Positions 1-9,437 are shown, numbered from the stretch's first letter. The stretch: DNA of 20,000 bases from an uncultured virus (IMG/VR IMGVR_UViG_3300020042_010191) (IMGVR_UViG_3300020042_010191), one strand, 5' to 3'. A program made the numbers and translations. Notes: a model not told the origin generated them from the sequence alone.

Positions 1-1
1 T

Positions 2-1099
2 ACTGAAAAGACTGATGGTCAAAACATTCAAGTTACGTGGAAAGATGGACAAATTGGATTTGCTAGAAATAAAGGTACTGTAATTAACCCGATGTCAGTA
101 CAAGAAATACAAGCAAAATTTGATAACAGAGGGCCTATATCAGATGCATTTGGCGGAGCAGCAGAAGATTTATCTGAAGCATTCAATAAAGTTAATGCGG
201 ATACTTTGAATCAAATATTTAAAAACGGACGAGTATTTGCTAACATGGAAATTATTTATCCTGCAACTAAAAATGTTATTTCATATGAAGTTGCAGTCTT
301 ACAATTTCATAATTTAGTTGAATATGATGAACAAGCAAATATTGTTCAAACTGATTTAACTGGGGGCGCAACTGTACAACGTATCATACAAGATGCAAAT
401 GCACATCTTCAAAAAACATTTTCATTTATTCCTCCGCAACAAATTAAAATGGGTAGAATAAGTAATTTTGAAGATCAACAAGCTGCATTTTTTAATGAAG
501 TAGATCAATTACGTAATCGATATAATTTAAAAGATACCGATCGCGTTACTGAATATCATAAAGCATGGTGGCGAGATGTTATTCAATCAAAAGCTAAACA
601 AGTAGGATATGATATTCCAGAAGATATTTTAACGGCATTGATTTTCCGATGGGGTTTCTTTGATAAATCTGCAAATTTAACTGGACTTAAAAAACAAATA
701 ACAAATCCAGAATTTTTAAATTGGGTGTTAGAATTTGATAAAAAAGAATTTAAACAATATTACAAACAAAACATGGAACCATTTGAAACTATCTTTTTAA
801 GATTAGGTGCGGTGGTTTTAAAAAATGCTACAAATTTCTTAGCTGCAAATCCTTCGAAGTCAGTTCAAGAAATTAAACAAGAAATGGCACAATTAATTCG
901 TGATTTGCAAAATAATCCAAATCCAGATACTATTTCTAAATTAGAACTAGAATTAAAACGCATTGAGCGATTAGGAGGATTTGATGCAATTGTACCATCA
1001 GAAGGAGTAGTATTCACATATGGCGGCAATACATATAAATTAACAGGTGCGTTTGCTCCAGTTAATCAGATACTAGGAGTATTGAAATACGCACGTTGA
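2..1099 (+). CDS. ATP-dependent ligase-like covalent nucleotidyltransferase (5'-truncated; the frame is open from the window edge)
   Basis: The frame of ORF 92..1099 is open from position 2 and reads TEKTDGQNIQVTWKDGQIGFARNK. This gives motif I KxDG and Ia ARN, followed by candidate motifs III (FANMEII), IV (SEGVVF) and V (YKLTG). Confidence 0.65.
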   Translation, partial: TEKTDGQNIQVTWKDGQIGFARNKGTVINPMSVQEIQAKFDNRGPISDAFGGAAEDLSEAFNKVNADTLNQIFKNGRVFANMEIIYPATKNVISYEVAVLQFHNLVEYDEQANIVQTDLTGGATVQRIIQDANAHLQKTFSFIPPQQIKMGRISNFEDQQAAFFNEVDQLRNRYNLKDTDRVTEYHKAWWRDVIQSKAKQVGYDIPEDILTALIFRWGFFDKSANLTGLKKQITNPEFLNWVLEFDKKEFKQYYKQNMEPFETIFLRLGAVVLKNATNFLAANPSKSVQEIKQEMAQLIRDLQNNPNPDTISKLELELKRIERLGGFDAIVPSEGVVFTYGGNTYKLTGAFAPVNQILGVLKYAR

Positions 1100-1100
1100 T

Positions 1101-1115
1101 ATATTTATATTAAAA
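1101..1115 (+). promoter_or_regulatory. putative late promoter, ATATTTAT motif
   Basis: ATATTTATATTAAAA lies between the stop at 1099 and the ATG at 1128; one of 8 intergenic copies. Confidence 0.65.
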
Positions 1116-1127
1116 TTGGATAATAAA

Positions 1128-1994
1128 ATGGCTGAAAAACATAAAAGCAAGTACAAAGCACCAAAAGATTTAGAAAAATCTCAAAAACCAAAAGCAAGAA
1201 AAGATTTAAAAGATTATACTACCGACGATAAAGACGGAGGTATGAATCCTAACTCTACTAAAGACAAACAACTTAATGTACTTCGCAAAACCGATAAACC
1301 TGTACAGGATGACGGTAAAATGTATCCAACATATAATGCAGACGATCGTCTTTATAAAGATTTAGAAGATGGTAACTATGATCCAAAAACTGCAGCAAAG
1401 CGTTTAAAGAAACGCCAAGATGATGAACAAAAAGATGTTGAAGATGTTTTGCAAGACAAAATTGAAAATTTAACTAGAGAACAAAAAGAAGTTTTAATTC
1501 GCGAATATATTCGAAGAAAAATTGCAAAAGTATTACGCGAACAAGCAGCTCCAGAAGAAGAAACACCTGCAGAAGAAATACCAGCTGAAGATCCGGCAGC
1601 ATTACCTGCCGCAGAGCCAGGCACTGATGCAGCTGCTACAGATCCTAATGCCGCAGTCGCTACAGATCCTAATGCCGCAGCTCCTGCACCAACAGATACA
1701 ACAGCAGCACCGGCAGCTCCAGGAGCAGACGCAACGACAGGAGCAGAAACACCTGCAGAAGAAACACCAGCTGAACCTGAAAAAGAACTAGACCCAGCTG
1801 CACAAGAAGCATTAGCAATTCAAAAATTTGTTAATCATTTACGCGAAAAAGAAGTAGGTAATATTTCTAGAATTAAAGCATTTTCAAAAGTAATGAATGC
1901 ATTAATGAAAGATGCCGAACCAGAAGATACAAATAATTTTTATACACTGCTTCGTCAATTAGCTATTAGTAAATTGCAAAAAAGTAAAAAATAA
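1128..1994 (+). CDS. hypothetical protein with a charged N-terminus and a Pro/Ala/Glu low-complexity linker; possible prohead/internal protein
   Basis: ORF track 1116..1994 starts at TTG; the ATG at 1128 (MAEKHK) downstream of the motif is more plausible. Contains LxE motifs (LIRE, VLRE). Confidence 0.75.
   Translation: MAEKHKSKYKAPKDLEKSQKPKARKDLKDYTTDDKDGGMNPNSTKDKQLNVLRKTDKPVQDDGKMYPTYNADDRLYKDLEDGNYDPKTAAKRLKKRQDDEQKDVEDVLQDKIENLTREQKEVLIREYIRRKIAKVLREQAAPEEETPAEEIPAEDPAALPAAEPGTDAAATDPNAAVATDPNAAAPAPTDTTAAPAAPGADATTGAETPAEETPAEPEKELDPAAQEALAIQKFVNHLREKEVGNISRIKAFSKVMNALMKDAEPEDTNNFYTLLRQLAISKLQKSKK
1559..1775 (+). repeat. intragenic direct repeats in the PAE/TDPNAA linker
   Basis: GCTACAGATCCTAATGCCGCAG occurs at 1635-1656 and 1659-1680 (24-nt period). 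AGAAACACCTGCAGAAGAAA(T/C)ACCAGCTGAA occurs at 1559-1589 and 1745-1775. Confidence 0.85.
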
Positions 1995-2007
1995 ATAAAA
2001 TAGTTAT

Positions 2008-2658
2008 ATGTCTAAAAAGTTACAAAATGTCAAAGCAATTCAACAAATGTTGGAAGGCAATCACAAGTTTCAAACCAAAAAAACAGTAGGTTTTTCAGAT
2101 GCTAAAGATGCAGCTAAAAAATCTGAACATCACATAGTAGGTGATACATGGGAAGAAACTGATGCAACTGGAGTTACATACGTAATAGAACAGCGTGATG
2201 GATTTCGTGTACGAAAAACAAAAAATTCTGAAATATTTCAATCTATTCGTGAAGAAATGAGATCATTTCCTAATTGTAGGAAAGAAACATGTACATGTTT
2301 AAAAGCAAATTCAGTTGATGAAAAAATGAGAAAAATACATGGTATGTGCGGCGATTGTGTAATTGATATGGAACACGAAATGCGCAAAGCTGGAACATAT
2401 GAAGAATATGAAAAAAATAAAATTCGAGAAAATGCTTTAGCTTGGCTTCGTAACGCAGAACGAGATGTTGAGCTATTAAAACAAGCATATACACAAGCTT
2501 CAGAATTTGTTACTAATGCAGATGGCGAAACTGAATCGTGGGGTGCAAAAATGACTCCAGATGAATTTGAAGAAACTGTACAGAAACAATTTGAACGATT
2601 CAAAGAAAATTTTTTAAATAAACTAAATGGAGTTGAAGAAACAAATGAAAACAATTAA
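2008..2658 (+). CDS. hypothetical protein with a Cys cluster (putative Zn-binding) and a helical C-terminus
   Basis: 216-aa ORF containing CRKETCTC...HGMCGDC. Confidence 0.75.
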   Translation: MSKKLQNVKAIQQMLEGNHKFQTKKTVGFSDAKDAAKKSEHHIVGDTWEETDATGVTYVIEQRDGFRVRKTKNSEIFQSIREEMRSFPNCRKETCTCLKANSVDEKMRKIHGMCGDCVIDMEHEMRKAGTYEEYEKNKIRENALAWLRNAERDVELLKQAYTQASEFVTNADGETESWGAKMTPDEFEETVQKQFERFKENFLNKLNGVEETNENN

Positions 2659-2980
2659 AAACGTCGTGTTAGCAGTTGCCGGAGTTATAGGTGCAATTGT
2701 TGCATTTTTCTTATTAACAGGAAAAAGAAAATCAAAACAAATTGAAAAAATTGATGCAGCAATTGCAGAAAAAAAGCAACATGTAGATCGCATCGAAACT
2801 GAAGTAAAGCAAGTTGCAAAAAAACGAAAAGAAGTTAAAAAAGAAATTGCTGAAGTAAAAGAACAAATTGCTGATTTAGAATCACAAAAAGAAAATTTGG
2901 TAGTTGAAGAAAAACCTGCAGAAGAAGTGAAAGATAATATCTTGAAACAAACACGTAGAGGTCGTCCTAAAAAGGCATAA
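2645..2980 (+). CDS. single-pass membrane protein with a coiled coil and a C-terminal RGRP (AT-hook-like) motif; possibly spanin-like
   Basis: Likely start is the ATG at 2645 (MKTIKN). Hydrophobic VVLAVAGVIGAIVAFFLL is followed by KRKSK, a Lys/Glu heptad-rich region and the terminal RRGRPKKA. Confidence 0.7.
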   Translation: MKTIKNVVLAVAGVIGAIVAFFLLTGKRKSKQIEKIDAAIAEKKQHVDRIETEVKQVAKKRKEVKKEIAEVKEQIADLESQKENLVVEEKPAEEVKDNILKQTRRGRPKKA

Positions 2981-2981
2981 C

Positions 2982-3380
2982 ATGAAAAACATATTATTTA
3001 TTTTCTTGTTTGTATCTGTTTTAGGTTTTGCTCAAAAAACTAACAAACAAATACCCGATACAGTTTGTTTTACTAAAGAGCAAGCAGCAGACATTTCATT
3101 TGTTTTAGATTCACTTTGGATGGCAGATGATATTAATAATGCATTGATTACAACATATCAAACTGCAATTAAAAAACAAGATTCATTGATTGTTTTAGAT
3201 TCAATTCAAATCACAAAACAAGATAGTATTATTTTGCTTCAAAAAAGCATTGTATTGGATTTAGAAAAGAAAATACAATTGTTACAGCCAAAATGGTATG
3301 ATAAAAAAGCAATTTGGTTCGGCTTTGGATTTTTATCAACATTAGGTACTGGAATATTGATTAATTCATTCATAAACTAA
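2982..3380 (+). CDS. exported protein with a signal peptide, coiled coil and C-terminal transmembrane helix; possibly lysis/spanin-related
   Basis: MKNILFIFLFVSVLGFA|Q looks like an SPI signal; the C-terminus AIWFGFGFLSTLGTGILINSFIN is hydrophobic. Confidence 0.7.
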   Translation: MKNILFIFLFVSVLGFAQKTNKQIPDTVCFTKEQAADISFVLDSLWMADDINNALITTYQTAIKKQDSLIVLDSIQITKQDSIILLQKSIVLDLEKKIQLLQPKWYDKKAIWFGFGFLSTLGTGILINSFIN

Positions 3381-3381
3381 T

Positions 3382-4959
3382 ATGACACAAAATATAAAAC
3401 AGATCATTCAACAACAGTACACAATGTGTGCTAAAGATCCTGTTTTCTTTATGCGTCAATATTGTTATATCCAACATCCTAAAAAAGGTAAAATTAAATT
3501 TAATCTTTATCCTTTTCAAGAAGATTCATTAACTGAATTGCGAGATAATCGTTACAATGTAATATTAAAGTCTCGTCAGTTAGGTATCTCAACATTATCT
3601 GCAGGATTCGCGCTGTGGAGCATGTTGTTCAAAGAAGATTTTAACGTACTTGTTATTGCAACAACTCAAGAAGTAGCAAAAAACTTAGTAACAAAAGTAC
3701 GTGTCATGCACGACAATTTACCTAGTTGGTTAAAAGGTAATATTGAAGCAGACAATAAACTTTCACTCAAATTTAAAAATGGTTCGCAAATCAAAGCAGT
3801 ATCATCAGCAACTACCGGTGCACGTTCAGAAGCACTTTCTTTGCTTATTATAGATGAGGCTGCATTTATTCGAAACATTGAAGAAATTTGGGTAGCATCG
3901 CAAGCAACATTATCAACAGGTGGTGGAGCAATTGTATTATCTACACCAAACGGGGTAGGTAATTGGTTTCACTCAGTATGGTCTGAAGCAGAACAAGAAA
4001 TCAATGGATTTCATACAATCAAGCTACATTGGACTGTTCATCCAGATCGCGATCAATTTTGGCGCGATGAACAAACCAAACTACTTGGCGAACGAGGTGC
4101 TGCTCAGGAATGTGACTGTGACTTTATTAGTTCCGGGCATACAGTAATAGACAGCGGCATATTAATGGACTATGAATCAAAATGTTCCGATCCGATTGAA
4201 AAACGAGGCTATGACAATGCATATTGGGTTTGGGAATATCCAAACTATGAAAAAGATTATATAGTAGTAGCTGACGTTGCCCGTGGCGATGGGGGCGACT
4301 GGTCTACATTTCATGTTATCGATGTACAAGATGTTGTGCAAGTTGCAGAATATAAAGGCAAGATTCCACCTAAGGATTTTGGTAACATGTTAGTATCAGT
4401 TGCAACAGAATGGAACAATGCATTGCTAGCAATTGAAAATGCTAATATTGGGTGGGCAGCAATTCAACCCGTATTAGATCGCAGCTACGAAAATTTATTC
4501 TATACATATAAAGATGATGGATATGTAGATGTAGACGTTCAACTTAAAAAAGGTTATGATATGAAAGATAAGAGCCAAATGGTTCCTGGAGTATCAACAA
4601 CGTCTAGAACTCGTCCATTGATGATATCAGCATTAGAAATGTATATGCGAGAAAAAACGCCAGTTATACGAAGCAAACGATTAATTCAAGAATTGTTTGT
4701 ATTTGTTTGGTTGAATGGAAAAGCTCAATCACAAAATGGTTATAATGATGACTTGGTAATGGCTTTTGCTATTGGCTTATGGCTTCGTGATACATCATTA
4801 AAATTACGTCAACAAGGAATTGAACTTCACAAAAGAACTTTGAGTCAATTTCAAAAATCTACACAACAAGTTATATTTACAGGCAAAGCTGCTCCTGGAG
4901 CAGATGGGTGGACATGGAATAATGGCCATAACAACGAGAATTTGACCTGGCTTCTGTAA
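3382..4959 (+). CDS. terL: terminase large subunit (T4 gp17-like)
   Basis: LYPFQ adenine-binding motif, Walker A KSRQLGIST, Walker B LLIIDEAAF, coupling motif STPNG, and nuclease motifs ADVARGDGGD and NDDLVMA. Confidence 0.95.
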   Translation: MTQNIKQIIQQQYTMCAKDPVFFMRQYCYIQHPKKGKIKFNLYPFQEDSLTELRDNRYNVILKSRQLGISTLSAGFALWSMLFKEDFNVLVIATTQEVAKNLVTKVRVMHDNLPSWLKGNIEADNKLSLKFKNGSQIKAVSSATTGARSEALSLLIIDEAAFIRNIEEIWVASQATLSTGGGAIVLSTPNGVGNWFHSVWSEAEQEINGFHTIKLHWTVHPDRDQFWRDEQTKLLGERGAAQECDCDFISSGHTVIDSGILMDYESKCSDPIEKRGYDNAYWVWEYPNYEKDYIVVADVARGDGGDWSTFHVIDVQDVVQVAEYKGKIPPKDFGNMLVSVATEWNNALLAIENANIGWAAIQPVLDRSYENLFYTYKDDGYVDVDVQLKKGYDMKDKSQMVPGVSTTSRTRPLMISALEMYMREKTPVIRSKRLIQELFVFVWLNGKAQSQNGYNDDLVMAFAIGLWLRDTSLKLRQQGIELHKRTLSQFQKSTQQVIFTGKAAPGADGWTWNNGHNNENLTWLL

Positions 4960-4965
4960 CTAGTT

Positions 4966-4980
4966 ATATTTATTATAAAA
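4966..4980 (+). promoter_or_regulatory. putative late promoter, ATATTTAT motif
   Basis: ATATTTATTATAAAA lies upstream of the portal ATG at 4991. Confidence 0.65.
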
Positions 4981-4990
4981 ATAATATACT

Positions 4991-6829
4991 ATGGCGTCAT
5001 TAAGAAAACGTTTACAAAATTTATTTAGTACCAATGTCATTGTACGTGCATATGGTAATGATAAATTAAAAGTTGTTGATACTAACCGTTTGCAAGGGGT
5101 TGGTAACATAAATCAAACTAAAGTAGCAGATCGATATACAAGAATGCATGGTGCTAATAAGCACATGGTAGGTGGTATGGGAGGATATGATTCCAACTAT
5201 TATATGCATCAAAATCGTATGCAACTCTATGCTGATTATGAAATGATGGACCGAGATCCAATTATTAGTTCAGCATTGGATATATATTCAGATGAATCTA
5301 CATTAGCAGACCAATTTGGCGATATCTTAACAATTAAAACAAACAACACTCGTATTCAAAAAATACTTTATAATTTATTTTATGATGTTTTAAACATTGA
5401 ATTCAATTTATGGACTTGGATTCGAAACATGGCAAAGTATGGCGACTTCTTTTTAAAATTGGATATTGCTGAAGAAATTGGTATCATGAATGCTCGACCA
5501 CTTTCTAGTTATGAAGTAGAACGTTTTGAAGAGTATGATGAAGCAACTGGTGAATATAAAATTACATTTAAACATGTAGGTTCTCCGAATATAACATATG
5601 ATGTTTTTGAAATGGCACATTTCCGCATGTTGTCAGATTCTAACTTTTTACCATATGGTAGATCGATGTTAGAAGGAGCTCGTAAAGAGTTTCAAAAATT
5701 AATGATGCTAGAAGATGCAATGTTAATACATCGAATTATGCGCGCACCTGAAAAACGTATTTTTAAAATCGATATTGGTAATATTCCACCAAATGAAGTT
5801 GATACATTCATGGAACAGATTATTACTAAAATGAAAAAAATTCCACATATTGATCAACAAACAGGAAATTATAATCTTAAATTCAATTTGAACAACATGT
5901 TGGAAGATTATTACTTACCAGTTCGAGGCGGTAACTCTACGACGTCGATAGACACGTTGCCAGGCATGACATTTACAGGTATGGATGACATTGAATATGT
6001 TAGAAACAAAATGATGGCAGCTTTAAAGATTCCTAAACCATTTTTAGGTTACGATGAAGGCGTTGAAGGTAAAACTACATTAGCATCAATGGATATTCGT
6101 TTTGCTAGAACAATTGAACGTATTCAAAAAATTACAATTTCTGAATTAACAAAGATTGCAATTATACATTTATATGCTCAAGGGTTTGAAGGCGAAGATT
6201 TAGTAGGTTTTGAACTAGAATTAACATCGCCTTCTATAATTTATGATCAACAAAAAGTTGCATTAATGAACGAAAAAATTACGTTGGCAAATGCAATGAA
6301 AGATAGCAAATTAGTTTCTGATCGATACATTTACGAATATATCTTTAATATGTCAGAAGAACAATGGCTACAAGAACGCACAGACATCGTTGAAGATCTT
6401 AAATTAAGATTCCGTCAAAATCAAATTGAACAAGAAGGTAATGACCCGGCAGTAACTGGTATATCGTATGGAACGCCGCATGATTTAGCAACAGTTCATA
6501 TGTCAAGCAAAGACGTAGAAGAAAAAGATAAAGGCGGAAGACCACCAGAAGGAATTAAACCAGAGCAACATAAAAATGCATTAGGATGGGATCCGACAGG
6601 TAAAAAAGAATTGAAACAAGCATTTAACGTGCAAAATCAAAAATCAACATTTGAACCAGATACTAGATGGGATCGCGCAGTCAGACCAGTTTCTACAGAG
6701 AGTCACAACATAATGAAATATTTAAAAAACAAACAACCTAAAATATTATTTGAATCATTGAATTCTGCAAAAACAAAACAAGATGATTTAGATAAAGGTA
6801 CTATGTTGGACGAAAACAACATTTTGTAA
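4991..6829 (+). CDS. gp20: portal protein (T4 gp20-like)
   Basis: LEDAMLIHRIMRAPEKRIFKIDIGN, MLEDYYLPVRGG and IDTLPG are characteristic of gp20-family portals; follows the terminase. Confidence 0.93.
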   Translation: MASLRKRLQNLFSTNVIVRAYGNDKLKVVDTNRLQGVGNINQTKVADRYTRMHGANKHMVGGMGGYDSNYYMHQNRMQLYADYEMMDRDPIISSALDIYSDESTLADQFGDILTIKTNNTRIQKILYNLFYDVLNIEFNLWTWIRNMAKYGDFFLKLDIAEEIGIMNARPLSSYEVERFEEYDEATGEYKITFKHVGSPNITYDVFEMAHFRMLSDSNFLPYGRSMLEGARKEFQKLMMLEDAMLIHRIMRAPEKRIFKIDIGNIPPNEVDTFMEQIITKMKKIPHIDQQTGNYNLKFNLNNMLEDYYLPVRGGNSTTSIDTLPGMTFTGMDDIEYVRNKMMAALKIPKPFLGYDEGVEGKTTLASMDIRFARTIERIQKITISELTKIAIIHLYAQGFEGEDLVGFELELTSPSIIYDQQKVALMNEKITLANAMKDSKLVSDRYIYEYIFNMSEEQWLQERTDIVEDLKLRFRQNQIEQEGNDPAVTGISYGTPHDLATVHMSSKDVEEKDKGGRPPEGIKPEQHKNALGWDPTGKKELKQAFNVQNQKSTFEPDTRWDRAVRPVSTESHNIMKYLKNKQPKILFESLNSAKTKQDDLDKGTMLDENNIL

Positions 6830-6837
6830 GAAACATT

Positions 6838-6857
6838 ATATTTATAATAAATAAAAA
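6838..6857 (+). promoter_or_regulatory. putative late promoter, ATATTTAT motif
   Basis: ATATTTATAATAAATAAAAA lies upstream of the ATG at 6871. Confidence 0.65.
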
Positions 6858-6870
6858 GCGATCGTATAGT

Positions 6871-7722
6871 ATGAAAAAATTAAAACATTCAAAATATAAG
6901 AATACCGGTATTCTTTTTGAAATGTTAGTGCGAAAGTTAACATCAGAGACATTGTCTTCAAATAAATCTGTAACAGTAGATATTATTAAAAAATATTTTG
7001 GTAAAAATACTGAGTTATCAAAAGAATTACAATTATATAACGCACTACTAAAAGAACAATTTAAAAGTGAGGCACAAGCATTAGATTATATACGTACAGT
7101 AAAATCTACTCATGATAAACTAAATCAAACTACGTTAAAGAGACAACGATATAATCTTGTTAAAGAAATTTCAGAACGTTTTAATTTTGATGGTATTTCA
7201 AAGATACATATTAATAATTACAAAACATTGGCATCGATTTACATGATCTTTGAATATCAAGAAACAGATAATCCGAAACAATTGTTAGAATGTAAAAATG
7301 TTATTCTAGAAAATTCAATGCTATCTGCAAAGCCTAAACGCATAGAAAAAGATGTTGTAATTGAAACATTTGAATCACAGCCAAAAGAAATACGATTACT
7401 TGCATATAAAATGTTAGTAGACAAATTCAATGAAAAATATTCTGGATTAGATGAATCGCAGAAGCAATTGTTAAACAAATACATTACCAATGTAAATGAT
7501 ACAAAAGCTTTGAAAGAATATGTAGAAATTATTATTCCGCAAATTAAAACAGCATTGTCTAATCAAGCAAAAACAATTACAGATAAAGCAACACAAATAA
7601 AAGTTCAAAAACTTTCAGAAATGTTATGCACTGTAGAAAATATGAAAACGATAAAAGAATCTCACGTATTATCTTTATTACGTTATTTTGATTTAATTCG
7701 CGAACTAAAGGAGATTAATTAA
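6871..7722 (+). CDS. hypothetical helical protein in the head module (prohead-core position)
   Basis: 283-aa ORF between portal and protease; no motif recognised. Confidence 0.75.
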   Translation: MKKLKHSKYKNTGILFEMLVRKLTSETLSSNKSVTVDIIKKYFGKNTELSKELQLYNALLKEQFKSEAQALDYIRTVKSTHDKLNQTTLKRQRYNLVKEISERFNFDGISKIHINNYKTLASIYMIFEYQETDNPKQLLECKNVILENSMLSAKPKRIEKDVVIETFESQPKEIRLLAYKMLVDKFNEKYSGLDESQKQLLNKYITNVNDTKALKEYVEIIIPQIKTALSNQAKTITDKATQIKVQKLSEMLCTVENMKTIKESHVLSLLRYFDLIRELKEIN

Positions 7723-8393
7723 TGAATTCATTTTTACGATTAATAGAAAGTAAATTCATTGAATTAGAGTCTGAAGATCAAGTTGATGAAAACGAGATTG
7801 AAGAACAAAATACTACTGGCGCTATTGCTGGTTATAATACTCCTGGTGCTTTCTTAACGCCAGCACAATACGAAAAGAAAAAGAAAAAAATAAAATACGA
7901 ATCGGTAAATACACCACCAACGTTTAAATGGAAAGATACACAAGATCAAACGCCTGAGTCTGGAGAAGAAACGGCACAAGACAAATTTCCATTTTCTAGA
8001 GATATGGCACAATGGCCAAATAAAGATCAAGAGTATCCAGTTAAATTTACAAATCAGCCATATGGCACTGCAAATATAAAAGACGAAACACAAAAAGTAA
8101 AAATTACTACGGAAGATGTCTTAGAAAAAAAATATGAGGAACTTTTAGAATCATATCGAAAATTTGCAACAGAAGATAAAACTTTAAGTCCCGAACGTAA
8201 AGTAAAAAATACCATAAAAGAAATTGCAAAAAAGATGCAAGAAATTGAAACTATGGTTAATTATAATACTAGATTAAAAACAGAATCGGGAATATCTGCG
8301 TCTACATATGGCTCAAGTACACAAAAAGCATTAACAAAAATATCAGAACGATTAATTAAAATTTCGGAGCGCGTGAGGGCATTAGGAGAATAG
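7722..8393 (+). CDS. hypothetical head-module protein, probable prohead core/internal protein
   Basis: 223-aa ORF with TAATG coupling, SD AAGGAG at 7708-7713, N-terminal MNSFLRLIE and a C-terminal coiled coil. Confidence 0.75.
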   Translation: MNSFLRLIESKFIELESEDQVDENEIEEQNTTGAIAGYNTPGAFLTPAQYEKKKKKIKYESVNTPPTFKWKDTQDQTPESGEETAQDKFPFSRDMAQWPNKDQEYPVKFTNQPYGTANIKDETQKVKITTEDVLEKKYEELLESYRKFATEDKTLSPERKVKNTIKEIAKKMQEIETMVNYNTRLKTESGISASTYGSSTQKALTKISERLIKISERVRALGE

Positions 8394-8397
8394 GATT

Positions 8398-9030
8398 ATG
8401 TCAAAGAAATTATTAGTAGAGTATGTACCATTTAAGCCTGTTGGTTCTTTAACTGAATCGTCTGGCGCTGCATATGGCATTCCTGGTGGGTTTGTTGTAC
8501 AAGGAGTATTGCAACGTGCTGGATCTAAAAATCAAAATGGTCGTGTTTATCCTAAACAAATTTTAGAAAGAGAATGTCAACGTTATCAAAATGAATATAT
8601 TGATCAACATAGGGCATTAGGCGAATTAGATCACCCAGAGTCATCAATTGTTAACTTAAACAACGTTTCACATAATGTTTTGAAAATTTGGTGGAATGGT
8701 GATGACTTAATGGGTGCAGTTCAAATCTTAGAAACGCCTTCGGGTAAGATTTTAAAAGAATTGTTTAAAGCTGGTATTACGTTAGGTATTTCATCTCGCG
8801 GTTTAGGATCTGTTAAAGAATTACGTAGTGAAGGTGTAGTAGAAGTACAAGACGATTTTGAATTAATTTGTTGGGACTTTGTTTCTAATCCTTCTACCCA
8901 TGGGGCTTTTATGCGACCTACGCACATGAATGAATCTGTAAATAAAAATATACCAACCAATAAATATAATAAAGTAAACGACATCATTACATCAATTTTA
9001 TGTGAAGATGGAAAATGTAGGATAATATAA
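8398..9030 (+). CDS. gp21: prohead core protease (T4 gp21-like)
   Basis: NQNGRVYP, ALGELDHP, GISSRGLGS and DFVSNPS are gp21-family motifs. Confidence 0.93.
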   Translation: MSKKLLVEYVPFKPVGSLTESSGAAYGIPGGFVVQGVLQRAGSKNQNGRVYPKQILERECQRYQNEYIDQHRALGELDHPESSIVNLNNVSHNVLKIWWNGDDLMGAVQILETPSGKILKELFKAGITLGISSRGLGSVKELRSEGVVEVQDDFELICWDFVSNPSTHGAFMRPTHMNESVNKNIPTNKYNKVNDIITSILCEDGKCRII

Positions 9031-9407
9031 TGAAAAGCAATTTAGCATATATTCTAGAAACACTTAATGGTGGCGAAGAACAAGCAAGATTAAGTAAAGA
9101 AGAAAAACGTGCATTCATGGAAGCTGTAAAAAACTTTTCAGCAATGGGTGAATCAGTATATGGCAAAGGCAATTTGCAAGAACTTACTGAACGAGTACGA
9201 GACATTGTTGACAAAGCTCAGAACATTGCTCTACAAGATGAAGGTTGGTTTGATAAAATGACTGTTAATCGTCATATGAAAGGCCTAAATGAATCATATA
9301 AAGTATTTGAAGCAACTGCAAAAGAGATGAGTCAATTGCAACAACGTTTAGGCGCCGCATATGAAGATATTGCTGAAGGCCTTCGTAAATATTATGATGT
9401 AGGTTAA
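9030..9407 (+). CDS. hypothetical helical protein, probable prohead/internal protein
   Basis: 125-aa ORF, TAATG-coupled to the protease; N-terminus MKSNLAYILE. Confidence 0.75.
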   Translation: MKSNLAYILETLNGGEEQARLSKEEKRAFMEAVKNFSAMGESVYGKGNLQELTERVRDIVDKAQNIALQDEGWFDKMTVNRHMKGLNESYKVFEATAKEMSQLQQRLGAAYEDIAEGLRKYYDVG

Positions 9408-9408
9408 T

Positions 9409-9437
9409 TTGGATATTTGATATAATATTATTATAAT
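9409..9437 (+). promoter_or_regulatory. possible sigma70-like promoter (TTGGAT-N17-TATAAT)
   Basis: TTGGAT at 9409-9414, a 17-nt spacer, and TATAAT at 9432-9437 in the intergenic gap. The AT-rich context makes a chance match possible. Confidence 0.4.

Noticed and set aside
1635..1680. Direct repeats as a CRISPR array or DGR repeat
   Set aside because: Only two adjacent in-frame copies with no spacers, no adenine-specific mismatch pattern and no cas or RT gene in the window.
1522..1791. Gln-rich alternative-frame ORF (and the Lys-rich one at 10794-11048)
   Set aside because: These are by-products of low-complexity GCA/CCA/GAA codon runs in the main frame.
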